The notes beneath the pieces are model-generated. The model was not told where the DNA came from. It did no database searches and saw nothing but the letters and a program-made list of their open reading frames with translations. DNA of 34,036 nt, taken from assembly GCA_000934665.2 (NCBI GenBank), contig KZ539081.1, positions 1 through 34,036 on the forward strand, in the 5' to 3' direction. The DNA is from Catajapyx aquilonaris (taxonomy: Eukaryota). Numbering within the stretch: position 1 is the stretch's first letter; each line of letters starts with the position of its first letter. Position numbers and translations under genes: made by a program. This document shows positions 23,400-34,036 of this stretch, one piece after another.

Positions 23400-24080
23400 A
23401 AATCCTCATTTCCAGGAAAACAGTGTCCAAACCCATCCTTTCTTTTTCCAACACGATAAGTATCAATGCATTGGGAGCTAACCCCTCTCTTAAGCATGTA
23501 TTTCTGTACCTGGGTAGGATTAAAGCAGGCACGGGGCCAAGAATGAGTGGCTCAAACCCTACTGTATAACGATACATACAAAGTGGTACAAACTCGCCGC
23601 CCTTTTCATTGCATGTACGGTGACTTTGGCATTTTTTCCCTCGCCGCTTTTATGCTCTTCTGAAAAGTCATGAAGCAGTCTACCCAGTTGAGAAACGACC
23701 AGCCAAGGATTATGCAGGCCGACTCCTCAACGAGTCGGCGAAATAAATATAGGTACTGTAAGTTGGTTGGTGCCGAGTGGAAAATCTGGTCAAGGTGCAT
23801 CCTACAGTCAACAGAATGCAGAGCAATGACCTATTACAATTCACGTGTACACTACAGGAAATCTCTCGTCTCATGACTCCATCGACAGTTTGGTACAACC
23901 TTTACGCCATTAAAAAGCAATGGAACCCAATGTTAAGAAGGTACGCTGGACTCCCACAATACGTCGTTGGTTTAAAAATCAACGATTAGGACACGTCAAA
24001 AAATTGGCCATTCTCCGCAATTATCATAAAAATTATACGTAAAATTCTGGAAGATTCCTATCACATTTTAAACCAAATTC
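23400..24080 (+). mobile_element. decayed Jockey-like LINE RT and post-RT region
   Basis: IKAG-P..S...P-LY..YI (cf. AGVPQGS.L.P.LY), MYGDFGIF (cf. LYADD.AI), then RLMTPSTVW...IKK..NPMLRRYAGLPQYV...IND (cf. RP.MTY...VW..QN..LR...G.P.YV.N..I..DL), in the expected order. Confidence 0.6.
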
Positions 24081-24102
24081 AATCATATAGATGGATGCAA
24101 TA

Positions 24103-24205
24103 CTGGAATCAGAAGTGATCTGTATACGGCCCTTCCAGTGTCAGAAATATGTGTAACCTACAACAGATCATATCGTGCTTACGCACAGATCACTTCTCAT
24201 TCCAG
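24103..24205. mobile_element. short inverted-repeat element (MITE-like)
   Basis: CTGGAATCAGAAGTGATCTGT (24103-24123) vs ACAGATCACTTCTCATTCCAG (24185-24205) is a 20/21 inverted match, with weaker similarity extending outward. Confidence 0.6.
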
Positions 24206-24379
24206 GATTAGATCCTGTGCGACACACTCGGTTGCGTTCTTATGTTGACCGATCTATAGCAGGGATCCTTTCTGAAGCTTGTGATCCATCATTGGCAAGG
24301 CCTGTTGGCAGTTCCTAGCTTCTAAAGAGCAAATGGCACGAGTTAATTGACATTAGGGCGTTAACTGCATTACCCGGAT

Positions 24380-25416
24380 TTTGAAGTGATTTTTTCTCAT
24401 CATTAAGCCTCCTGTTATCCCATTTCGAGGATGATTTTTGGTATTTGACACGTGCAAATCTGCCCTTACAAGCACAATTATAGCATCAAGTAACATTCAC
24501 ATAACAATGGCCATTTCCTGCAGACATCCCTTATCGACATCTTCCCCTGCTGTGGGAACCCTTTCCAACTCAATTCATGGTTTCAAATATTTGACCTGCT
24601 GGCCCGATCCTACCTCTGAATTGGGTCATTTTTTGGAGGGAACCGCGACGTCAAAGGGACTTTCTGACAAACGCATTTGCAATGCTGTCCCCATCATTAT
24701 ATAACCCCCCCCCCTCCCAACCAGTCATCGATTTTCGCGGCCCCGTTTTGAACTTCCCGTGAGATTTAGACTAATTGCATTCGCCGGATGATTGGCTCTG
24801 TTGGTCTCCCGGATTATTCTAAGCGTGGGCGGGACCCCCATAATTTTGCCATCAGATGACGAAGCAGCTGAGTTGGACTCTTTTTTATGCCCAGCTGCAC
24901 TTCTGCTGTCGGGACCACAAAACCAACCCTCCGTCACTGTGTGCTGGGGATGCCAAACACTAATAATAGAATTCTCAGGTGTGGTTTTCATCATTAAATT
25001 TTCACCGCACATGCAGCATTTACTTTGCTACAAAAAGAGACTGTCAACTTTCCCGGACGAAAAAATTGGGAGGTTAAAATCACCGATGGCTCTCAAAAAA
25101 ACAAAAAAAAAATGCTGTAATTTACAGTCCACTGTTACAGTACAATCCGCTTGAGACGCTGACATCAAACCTTAACTGCATTTATTGCCGCTAACGGCAC
25201 TGGTATCGTAAATGGTTTGGATCATTTCGAAATGGCTGGATGACATCAACATTTATGGGCTGCCATACCCCGCTAGGGGCGCTGATTTCAAACATGGTTC
25301 AGTTTCATGTCGCCAGAAGCAAAGGCATCATCAAATCCTGTACCGTCCAGGCTAAGAGCATTGCTAACAAACCTAGTTACAAGTTTCACGTCGCTTGGGG
25401 CGTTTGTATCTGACAT
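24380..25416 (-). pseudogene. possible decayed low-complexity coding sequence
   Basis: About 1 kb of stop-poor, S/K/E/N-rich minus-strand frames (e.g. ORF 24725-25012), with F/L/I-rich shadow ORFs on the plus strand and scattered stops and frameshifts. No family recognised. Confidence 0.3.
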
Positions 25417-25418
25417 GG

Positions 25419-25730
25419 CAGAGTTGCGAAAGTTACTATCAAAAAGTAACTATCATGCTTCCAGTTACAGTTACTTTGACGTAAAAATAATTAATTACGA
25501 TTCTAGTTACTTAGTTACTAAGTTACTAAGTAACTAACTTTAATATTACTGTCGCTCTACAAAAATGTGCGACAGTAATATTAAAAGTGCTAAAATTACG
25601 CTAACTTTTGTGACTGTCGCTGTACCAGTGCTTAGTAACAAGTTACTTGAACAATTACTAAAAAGGTAACTATTACACCCTCTCAGTTGTCACGGTTGGC
25701 AACACTGCTTAGAGTTACTACCCAACACTG
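25419..25730. mobile_element. hAT-like non-autonomous element rich in GTTAC/GTAAC motifs
   Basis: Ends CAGAGTTGCGAAAGTTACT and (reverse complement) CAGTGTTGGGTAGTAACT. Many AGTTAC/GTAACT subterminal repeats and a central perfect 17-bp inverted repeat. No clean TSD. Confidence 0.65.
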
Positions 25731-25836
25731 ACGTGACACATTCCAAGTAGCTTGGCAAACTCCCAGAGAATACGGGGATGGCTTTGAGTAAAATCACCGA
25801 CGCATGTTATCGTATGAATACACACTGCATATAGAG

Positions 25837-26015
25837 CAGTGGTTCTTAACCTTTTCGTACCTCCGCACCCCTTTGAAGATAGTTGGTCCTTGTCGAACCC
25901 CCTATACCAGGGGTGATTGATTATAAGTTCAAGTTCATAGTTAGACTAAGTCCAGAGGTGCACCTTGCTCACACCCCCAGAGGAGCCACCTCGCACCCCA
26001 GGTTAAGAACCGCTG
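25837..26015. mobile_element. hAT (Charlie-like) MITE, 179 bp
   Basis: TIR CAGTGGTTCTTAACCT / CAGCGGTTCTTAACCT (15/16). Perfect 8-bp TSD ATATAGAG at 25829-25836 and 26016-26023. Confidence 0.93.
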
Positions 26016-26279
26016 ATATAGAGGGTGGTCCACTAAGCAACAATGCTGAGAAATGATGCTTATATTTAGCTGTCATTTGATACATGGATTAGGTTGGAAG
26101 TAACTGCTACACTAATACTCCGCGTCGGTGATGGACCCTCCGAGTGCGAGTGGAGGGAACAGCAATGGCGGCTCCATTACCTTCAGTGTATACCACGTGT
26201 ATATACTGTACAGTTCGTGTCTAGACTGTTATGTCTAGTCGAGACATGGAGCACGTTGTTTTCTTAGGAATATTACTTT

Positions 26280-26560
26280 TGGGCATATAATCCTCCGTTG
26301 CTGAGACCCTCTGGGAATCGATGATTTTGAAGGTAAAATTTTTAGGCTGGAGGAATAAAGTGTCCACTTACGTCGCATCGGAACTGTAACGTTCGATTTG
26401 AAATGTGATCTGGTTTTCCAACCTTTTCGTCCATGTATGTCAGCAGTTACCGGTACTATATCAGATGTATACAAACATAGTTTTTCCAAGGAAATATGTA
26501 TCCGGGACTTCCACAGTCTGTACGGAGCCACCATTGTTCCATTGTTCCCTATCCACGAAT
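26280..26560 (-). mobile_element. decayed RTE-clade LINE fragment
   Basis: LWKSRIHISLEKLCLYTSDIVPV...HG.KGW matches RTE 'IW.S..IS..TK.RLY.S.V.PV.LYG.E.W'. Confidence 0.55.
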
Positions 26561-27727
26561 TGGAATAGGGTACCGCGGTACAAGTAGTGTAACAGTTACG
26601 CTCAGCAAACACAAAGTAACGTAATATGTTCTGCTGACTAAACAACAATTAGATAAGCAACATTTCTGTCAGCAGTGTTCCTTGTTGAGCGACCCTGTGC
26701 GTTACAGTACAACTTCTTTTCGGGTCACACGCGACTGATTTGCAAAGTGTTTCCTAATAGCCCGATACGAAATGAGCCCCATTATTTAGACGGAAACTTG
26801 GCCACCAAAACAACTCATCTTTGACCCAACAGCGTCTCCATAGAAGTCACCCCATCACCCCGCAAGGCACAAATACGTGGGTGTGAGCACATCAACTGTC
26901 CTAGAATATCCTACACCTAGATTCTCATGAATGATACTTAGTTAACCCCCTGCAACTCAACTCCTTCCAGTTGACAAAAAGTACGTGGCAAAACCAGACA
27001 GAGTCAGATTTAAGCAAATATAAGAAACAGCTCCACGGGAGAGTTTCCATGGCGATCCAAGTCCTTCCTCGAATAATAACATAAGTTAACGCAAATTGCT
27101 TGGGACCACAGAAAAGAGCCGCTAATGAAGCATCTATTGAGGCACATTACCCGTTTTCGGTTCATTAATACGGCATGTGGGAAATACGCAATCTTAGCCT
27201 CCTGGATCTGGCACAAATGGCGACGTTAGGCTGTATATATACATTTAAGAGGGTTTTCTCCTCGGGGTTCTCAAGTGCACCTTTTGTTCGAAACTGTGTC
27301 ATCTTTTGCCTATAGACCCACACGCAGACATATATTCATACAAAGGTGTCGTAATTGTGTTTTTTTATAAATATCTGCTAACTACGAGAGCTCAGAGATG
27401 GATTTATTTCTCGATTCCCTCCGTGCCAGCATGGGATTTCTCGGGCTTCTCATACTCTCGGAGATAAAAATCCATCAGCTTGGATGAGTCAATCAAATCG
27501 GACATTTAACAGGCTCAATGATATTCTACAAGAACGGTGTCCACTAATATGAATGGAGCAAAGTCTGTATTAGTGGGTCGTCGAAGGTGATGAATTACAC
27601 ATGTCCACTAAAAGAAGCTTCACATTTATAGCCAGCTTCCGTGTTGCTACACGTTTCCACGTGGGCAGGTTGAAGGTCACACCATTTTAAAATGCTACCT
27701 GGCACTATTATAGTCCATCAGCTTACG

Positions 27728-27992
27728 GCAACACACATAATAATCGCTACCTTGGGACAAGACAATCTTATGTCCATTTTGGCCAAATTCAGTTACGATA
27801 GCTAATGCATAGCTTGCATCATACTGCTAAATCATCTCAATTCCAGACCTGCTTTTTTTCCTGCTGTTTGGTGTTATTTTCATTACCATTGGCGTGATTT
27901 TCTCGAAAATATCAGGTTTTTTTGCTTCTCCTAAAATGCCAAAGTATACATTTTGGACATAACCTTGTCTTGTCCCAAGGTAGCGCATTGTG
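27728..27992. mobile_element. MITE with long inverted repeats, possibly Transib-like
   Basis: 27745-27776 vs 27954-27985 inverted match 30/32. The right end finishes CATTGTG (reverse complement CACAATG); the left terminus is degenerate. Confidence 0.7.
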
Positions 27993-28845
27993 CCGTTACG
28001 CTGCTTGTCATGGCAGTGACGCTCAGTTTTTGCACTAAGCTGCTAATTTTGAAGCAGTTACTTTAAGTAGCTATCAAGTTAATACTGAGTAGAGTATAAA
28101 CATGCATACGGGTCCAGACCCATTGGCACCTGAAATCACCACCTGAACCCAATTTCTGTCGTCTCTATATCACAGCTAATATTTAACTCCAGACCAAATT
28201 ACCCGCCTAATAATCAGCAATCGGCTACCTTTAAAACGTGCCTCTCAATCGGAACGCACTCTATACCTCCATAAAGTGTTAGCACGCTCATTAAACCAAC
28301 AATAGGTACGACATAACAAAAGCCATCGTTTTATCCCTCTATATACGATGGGCAATCCTTGTCATCAAAAGTCGCCCCCTTGAGAACAACATAATTATAC
28401 AGTTCCAAAGACCACGCCGCAGTTAAGAAACATCAACCCACATCCCCAGCCAATTTCCATGCCAACATCCTGGAAGAGCAGCCCTGAATCCCAGTTGGGA
28501 GGGAAAAAAAAGACGATCCGAAACCTCATTCCCCCCTAGGTGAATAAGCCTGCAAACACCTGCGCAAATACAAATCGCGCAAAAGTTCAACCGGCACTTT
28601 CACGTTCCACCGCACCGGCTCGTTCCACAATATATCCAGTCCTTCGCCATTTCACCTCCCGGACCTACCCTAACGTGTTTCAGATAGTCCACGTCACGCT
28701 CCGCCTTTTGTTATCTGCAAGGTTCACCCAGCCGTTTCCTTTTTCCTCCCTGCAGCCTAAATAACCGACCGCACAAACTGCTATTAGCCAAGTAGGACAA
28801 CATACCGTCATGCCAACCAGTGCCGTACCAAGATGCTGATCACAA

Positions 28846-28878
<33 letters not shown>
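28846..28878 (+). repeat. (AAT)11 microsatellite
   Basis: Perfect trinucleotide run shortly before poly-G and a gap. Confidence 0.95.
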
Positions 28879-28881
<3 letters not shown>

Positions 28882-28901
28882 GAGGGGGGGGGGGGGGGGG
28901 G

Positions 28902-28981
28902 NNNNNNNNNNNNNNNNNNNNNNNNNNNNNNNNNNNNNNNNNNNNNNNNNNNNNNNNNNNNNNNNNNNNNNNNNNNNNNNN
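28902..28981. other. assembly gap (N run)
   Basis: N run between poly-G and poly-C. Confidence 1.
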
Positions 28982-29809
28982 CCCCCCCCCCCTTAATTAG
29001 GAAACTTTCATCCCCAGCCATGTTATGCAAAAAAAAAATTGTCGGAATTAATTGCGATGCATATATAATAGCGTCCGCAATATGCGTCACTGAAAATGTT
29101 GCTGCCAATGTGAAAGGATGCCCTTATTAAAAACTTATACAGTGTGCAACAAAGTCAGCGGATAAATGGCACGTGTATTATATCCCCTGGCTGATTCTAG
29201 GAAAAAAAAGTTTCTGTTGACGTCGGATTTATAATTGGGAGACTTTTTAGAAAAACTGCAAGCAGGGCTTCCAAGTGGAAAATGCGATCGGCCTACGCAA
29301 TTCCGGAGTCTGCCAATGTAATCAATGCTAATCAAATCAAACCTTCCAAACATAATCCCCAACACCATCCCTACAAAATTGAAAGCTAATAACGGTCGCA
29401 CCAACACCACAAGAGAAATAAGGAGGCAATAATTATGGTCACTGAACCGCTATTGTTTGGGGAGGGAAAAATAACTGGCTCTGATGTATCAAAATACACA
29501 CGTGGCAGCAGTCAGGAGGCTATATACAGTGTAATGCACTGTGGTCTGTAGCAACGAGGGGCAAAATGACATACAGTACCACTGAAAAAGAGTAGTTATA
29601 TATTAATGAGCACTGGGAGTTCAAAGTTTTACACTGAATCTATATATGCGCCACGCAATGGGCACATGTCCTATTGTTTGAACGATGTGTTGCTATGTAG
29701 CATGTACCAAAATCGCACTATTTCCCCATACATATCCGGTAGCTTAAAAAATTGTCACGCATGTCATCAGCCATGATGTCCCCACATTGTGCAGATCTGT
29801 CATAATACT

Positions 29810-30460
29810 CTTACGTCTCTATCACCTCAATCCGCACCTGCACCAATCAAGCCCTAGTAACTCCCCACAAATAAATCCAGCAATAAACCCAGCTGAAAGC
29901 AGAATCCAAATCGGAACAAGTCTTCACCCGGACAATGTATATACCGGACCATACAATGTCTCCGAATGGTAATGCAACCCCCCACGTGCAAGAAAGCACA
30001 AACATCCTCCCTTCTGAATAATAATCGGGCGTGGGAAAAAACCTGAAAGGAATAATCGATAAGACGAAATAATGAGACCTGCCAAGTGTTAGGTTCCCCG
30101 AAAGGAATTAAATTTCACCACTTTTCACTTTTCATCCCCCCCCNCCCCCCCCCCCCCCAAACCATTCACACCAGTATTTGCCGGGTTCCTCCTTCAGTCG
30201 CTTCCCTTGCAACACGATCCACCTTATTGCGCCTTTATCGTCGGGGCCCATGGTCTGAGATGAAAAACGATCCTCTCATGGGGATAATGACAAGTCTGGG
30301 AGACCCCCACGCTCCCATCATCCCTTCCCCCGGTCGTCACAGGGTCTTTCCAATCACCTACCATGACCTTGATCAATTCGACCATTCTTGTCATCAGCAT
30401 GCTTCGTCTTCACACAGCTTGAATCGGCTGGGATATGCAACCGGTACCACGCGGACTGAC
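29810..30460 (+). mobile_element. decayed I-group (I/Nimb-like) LINE fragment
   Basis: PNGNATPHVQE ... NNRAWEK.LKGIIDK ... RSTLLRLYR ... VTGSFQSP..TL matches 'LNG..IP.V.E.K.LG..D.KL.W..HI ... DR.TLL.LYR ... TGAFRTSP..SL', in order. Confidence 0.55.
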
Positions 30461-32133
30461 CGTGGGTCATATGAGGATGTTACGACTCAGCCAACAGATG
30501 AGCCTTGCAGATGGCACTCATGGCAGTACAATGTGTAATACGTAGGGCCCTGCAGATGACAACACCAGCGGGCCGGAATAACAATGGAAGCATACCACGT
30601 GTTGACATACAAAACACAATATTGCCAGCGCGCAGTATTGACGTCACGTGTATACAAATAGCCAAAAATAATTTTATTGATACAACCCCAGTCTAATTAG
30701 TGCTTTCATACCAAATATTGTTCGAGTCCTCTTATGAAAATTTTGGGCATAGTACATACCTCCGGGGTATCAAAACTGCACGAATTTAAACAATTAGTCT
30801 ATACGATAACGAGCGATAGTTTTCATGTGTTAAACAAAATTATTATTACAAAGGACGCGGTATTATCGAATGGATACTGTAGTAACATATTCCGGTTTAG
30901 ATTCATTACGTTTAATTACTCTGCTCAATTGCTGGAGACTGTAAAGGAAAACTTCCGCCGCACTGACAAACACAGCAGGTAAAGCAGAAGCGAAAATGGC
31001 ACCGCAAAAACAGCCATATCTCAAAATCAGCAGTGCCATACAAATGTGACGCCATTTCTGCCGCTCTATGGCACCGTTACACGCCGGTACTTTTTTACAT
31101 TCGTTTTATTTTATATAAAAAAACAACCTCGCGCTATGCAATTCCGACCGGTTGTGCAACGCATTTGAAAGTGTGGTAGCTGTAACTTTCATTTTTACCC
31201 CCTTTTTTTGTCAAGTACCTGGATGCTGTATACCACACGCTACACGCATATAATTAGATCAATTTGACGTACCCGATTGCAGATGAATCGCGATTTTATG
31301 CCCGATTTGCAACGTTATTGCGCCTATTCATACATGCAAATTGTCCGCACAAACATCGCTCCCCGTACAGTGCACGCGGTGTATACAGACTAATTTTCTA
31401 TTGTCTTATCAAGTCAATCTATGGGAATATAGTTGGGAGGGGAAAAAAACAGCGCAATTTTCCATCTTGAGTTCTAGCCAGCTGGGTATCACAGCACTTC
31501 AGGTATATCTCAACCGTGTCGCTTTTCCTTCCCCCCTAAGCACATTAAATTTAAATTAGTTGCTAGGGGAACGCAATTTCTGGATGAGAACTCGGCCCTT
31601 TGTCACGAGCGGATTCGCTCCTTGTTTCTATACGATAGTTTCTAGGCACCAGTTTGCCACTGGTTTGCACTTTCCTTCGCTGCTATTTGGATGTATCTTA
31701 ACGCCCAGGGGGATATCACTATGCAAGTTCCCATGTTTAGAACTACAGGCAAGTCGGACTTTGGCCTATACTAAGTACAGTGTTTTATGCCTTTCTTAGC
31801 CTTCGTCCAAAATTTAATGTTAAAATATTAACTGCGCAAAACAAATCGCTCGCTGAAAAGACCAGGCGGAACTCTCGTCAATAGTAAACCTAACTAGTGG
31901 ATATACGCCTCGTTACAGTGTTATTGAACGGTGCATTATCACAAATCTCGTTAGGGCTGGTTTCTGCGAAGGAAGTTTTCGAAGTTCTTTACCATGTATA
32001 GGCGACAGGATCCTAATGGCGTAAAATGTTTGTTCCTTTCCCTAATTAACCAATGCTCATCTATAAACAAATAACATCGGTAGGCCTACATACGCACCGA
32101 AATACACACCCACGTGAACTCCCCCCCCCCCCC

Positions 32134-32275
32134 NNNNNNNNNNNNNNNNNNNNNNNNNNNNNNNNNNNNNNNNNNNNNNNNNNNNNNNNNNNNNNNNNNN
32201 NNNNNNNNNNNNNNNNNNNNNNNNNNNNNNNNNNNNNNNNNNNNNNNNNNNNNNNNNNNNNNNNNNNNNNNNNNN
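32134..32275. other. assembly gap (N run)
   Basis: N run between poly-C and poly-G. Confidence 1.
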
Positions 32276-34036
32276 NGGGGGGGGGGGGGGGACCGCCCTA
32301 TACACAGATAGGTTCGCATTTGGTTGAATTATCCCATCAAAATTCCCCTTTATATTCATAAAGGTCCGTATCAATAGCCATCGTGGTTCACATGTGATAA
32401 TGTATTACGAACTAGTTCATTACAAGTCGTGGTCATATGCAACAAAGCCCACACGTCACAACAGTGAATTTATGCGGGCCAGCAAATGTGTGTTGACCAT
32501 ATCGGATGTTCATCTGCAAAATGTTCATAGTTTTTAAAAAATCATAGGATGCTCTTCTGTAGGCTACTTCGCCCAATTACTGTGGGGTGAAGGTCCTGTT
32601 GGTTAGATTACTCGGCCAACACATGTATCCCAGTAGTCTAACCATCAGGATATTCCCCGCATCCAACTGGCTGATAAATCACAAATCGTCACGAGTTTAT
32701 ATCCGAAAAGTAACCAATTACAACCTGCAGCTTCAACAGGCGATGCGCATATTTTTCCAGCACCCTGTACAAATCCATCGCAATTTCATGGCACGTAATT
32801 AAGCCGAAACCGAGGGGGTACGCGGTGATCCAGTGTACACTTTTGTGAGGAATGACTACCCCCTTGGCCTAACCCACCTAAACCTGCTAACTAGGCCAAT
32901 ATGACTATGAAACATGCGGAAATAATAATTGTCAACGTGACATGTTACAAAATCTGGTATACCCGTTTATCTGCTTTCTAAGATGCCCATTCCATAATTC
33001 CCTCCCCCCCCCCCCCTCCCTGCCCTGCCAAGGCTGGCTCCAAAAAGCAATGGCCGAAAAAAATAACACCCTTTTCTTGGGCCCAAGCTGTTTTGGGAGG
33101 GGGAGGGCAAGGAGGTAGGAAGGAGGGGGGCTTTGGGAAAACGGCCTTCCTCCTTTGCTCCAGCTCTTTTCTCAAGTCTCGTCTTCGGTCCGTTCCCTGG
33201 CATCCTCTGACAGATGGTGGCCAAGGGGTGGAAAAGCAAAAGGACTGGATGAGAGAGAAAGAGCAGAGGAGACAGCAGAAAGAAGACGGGGAGAAAGGAA
33301 TACAAAAGGGGGTTGAGAAACTGGAGCGCTGCTACCCCCACTCTTCTTTCACAGTTCCAATAGCTTTCGCTTTCTCTATACGCCGATATTATTAAGCTGA
33401 CCCTCATGCCCATATACGCAATACCACGATTTTCTGATAGCCGACTATCAATATTATGGCCGTAACATGTTATTCCAAAAACTTCTTGCAGAAAGGTGCG
33501 GGCGCATAGGAGACAAATGGAAACATTTGCGCTTGGTATCATCATTACATTCATTAGCAGTTGTTTTTGATGACGCCTACTCAAACCGCACGTACAGCTT
33601 AAATTAGCCTTAACTAAATTGTATTTCAGGTGTGGGTTTCCGCTCGCAATGGCTCGAACAAGAAGAGCACAAACAAGGTTACCAAGATGCCAATTACTGA
33701 CTAATTAACGTCTCAGGTTCATGACCAACATCAATGATACAGCACGGTCCGACACACGACGAATGCTATTGGTTGATGTGACAGCACACCTGCCAGTTGT
33801 ACAATGTTATTACACCGTACCGTAACAGTGTGAGACAACGGACACTGCCAGACGCTCACGACCCTAATTAATCACACCATCCACCAGCAGGATACGCAAA
33901 AAAATATCATACGTGCGAAAAAGGTCAACGCAATACAGTTTAGCACTGTACGGCCTAGGGCGAAATTTTCACCACGTCCAATCTATTTCCACCTGCCCTA
34001 CAAGGTGAACTCCATTCTTTTTTATACATACCCCCC

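Noticed and set aside
6094..30646. Excess of perfect CRE sites (five TGACGTCA) as a window-wide regulatory signal
   Set aside because: Two belong to one MITE's TIRs; the remaining three are not clearly above chance.
5227..32374. ORFs spanning N runs (5227-5663, 28680-29108, 32053-32374)
   Set aside because: Artefacts of assembly gaps and homopolymers.
32967..33584. Longest ORF (205 aa, minus) and overlapping K/E-rich plus ORF 33093-33395
   Set aside because: Driven by purine/pyrimidine-skewed low-complexity sequence and poly-C/G; no domain or splice signals recognised.
64..33953. 14-nt direct match TTAGCACTGTACGG at 64-77 and 33940-33953
   Set aside because: A few 14-mer self-matches are expected by chance in 34 kb, and the similarity barely extends beyond the match.
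1..34036. Prokaryotic operon, CRISPR array, defence system or endogenous viral gene
   Set aside because: No long ORFs, no regularly spaced direct repeats and no viral motifs; the content is eukaryotic intron with transposons.

Overview
Eukaryotic genomic DNA, probably from an arthropod/insect (inferred from a Talua/Lm1-type SINE body), with three N-gaps next to homopolymer runs. Almost all of the six-frame ORF track is noise. The window reads as the large 5' intronic region of one minus-strand gene whose identity I cannot determine. It has one well-supported coding exon (20216-20445) and three short candidate ATG-initiated exons (13330-13406, 11340-11398, 298-317). All four end at a GT donor in phase 2, consistent with alternative N-termini spliced onto a shared exon left of the window. 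The introns hold four tRNA-derived SINEs with target-site duplications; three share one head and core but carry different 3' tails. There are also several MITEs (hAT, Tc1/mariner-like, a possible Transib-like one, and one with CRE palindromes in its TIRs and a nested SINE) and many decayed retroelement and transposase fossils (Penelope-like RT; Jockey-, RTE-, I-group and CR1-like LINEs; piggyBac; Tc1/mariner). Fossil assignments come from motif recognition by eye across frameshifts and need HMM/Dfam confirmation. No prokaryotic-type system, CRISPR array or intact rRNA/tRNA gene was seen.
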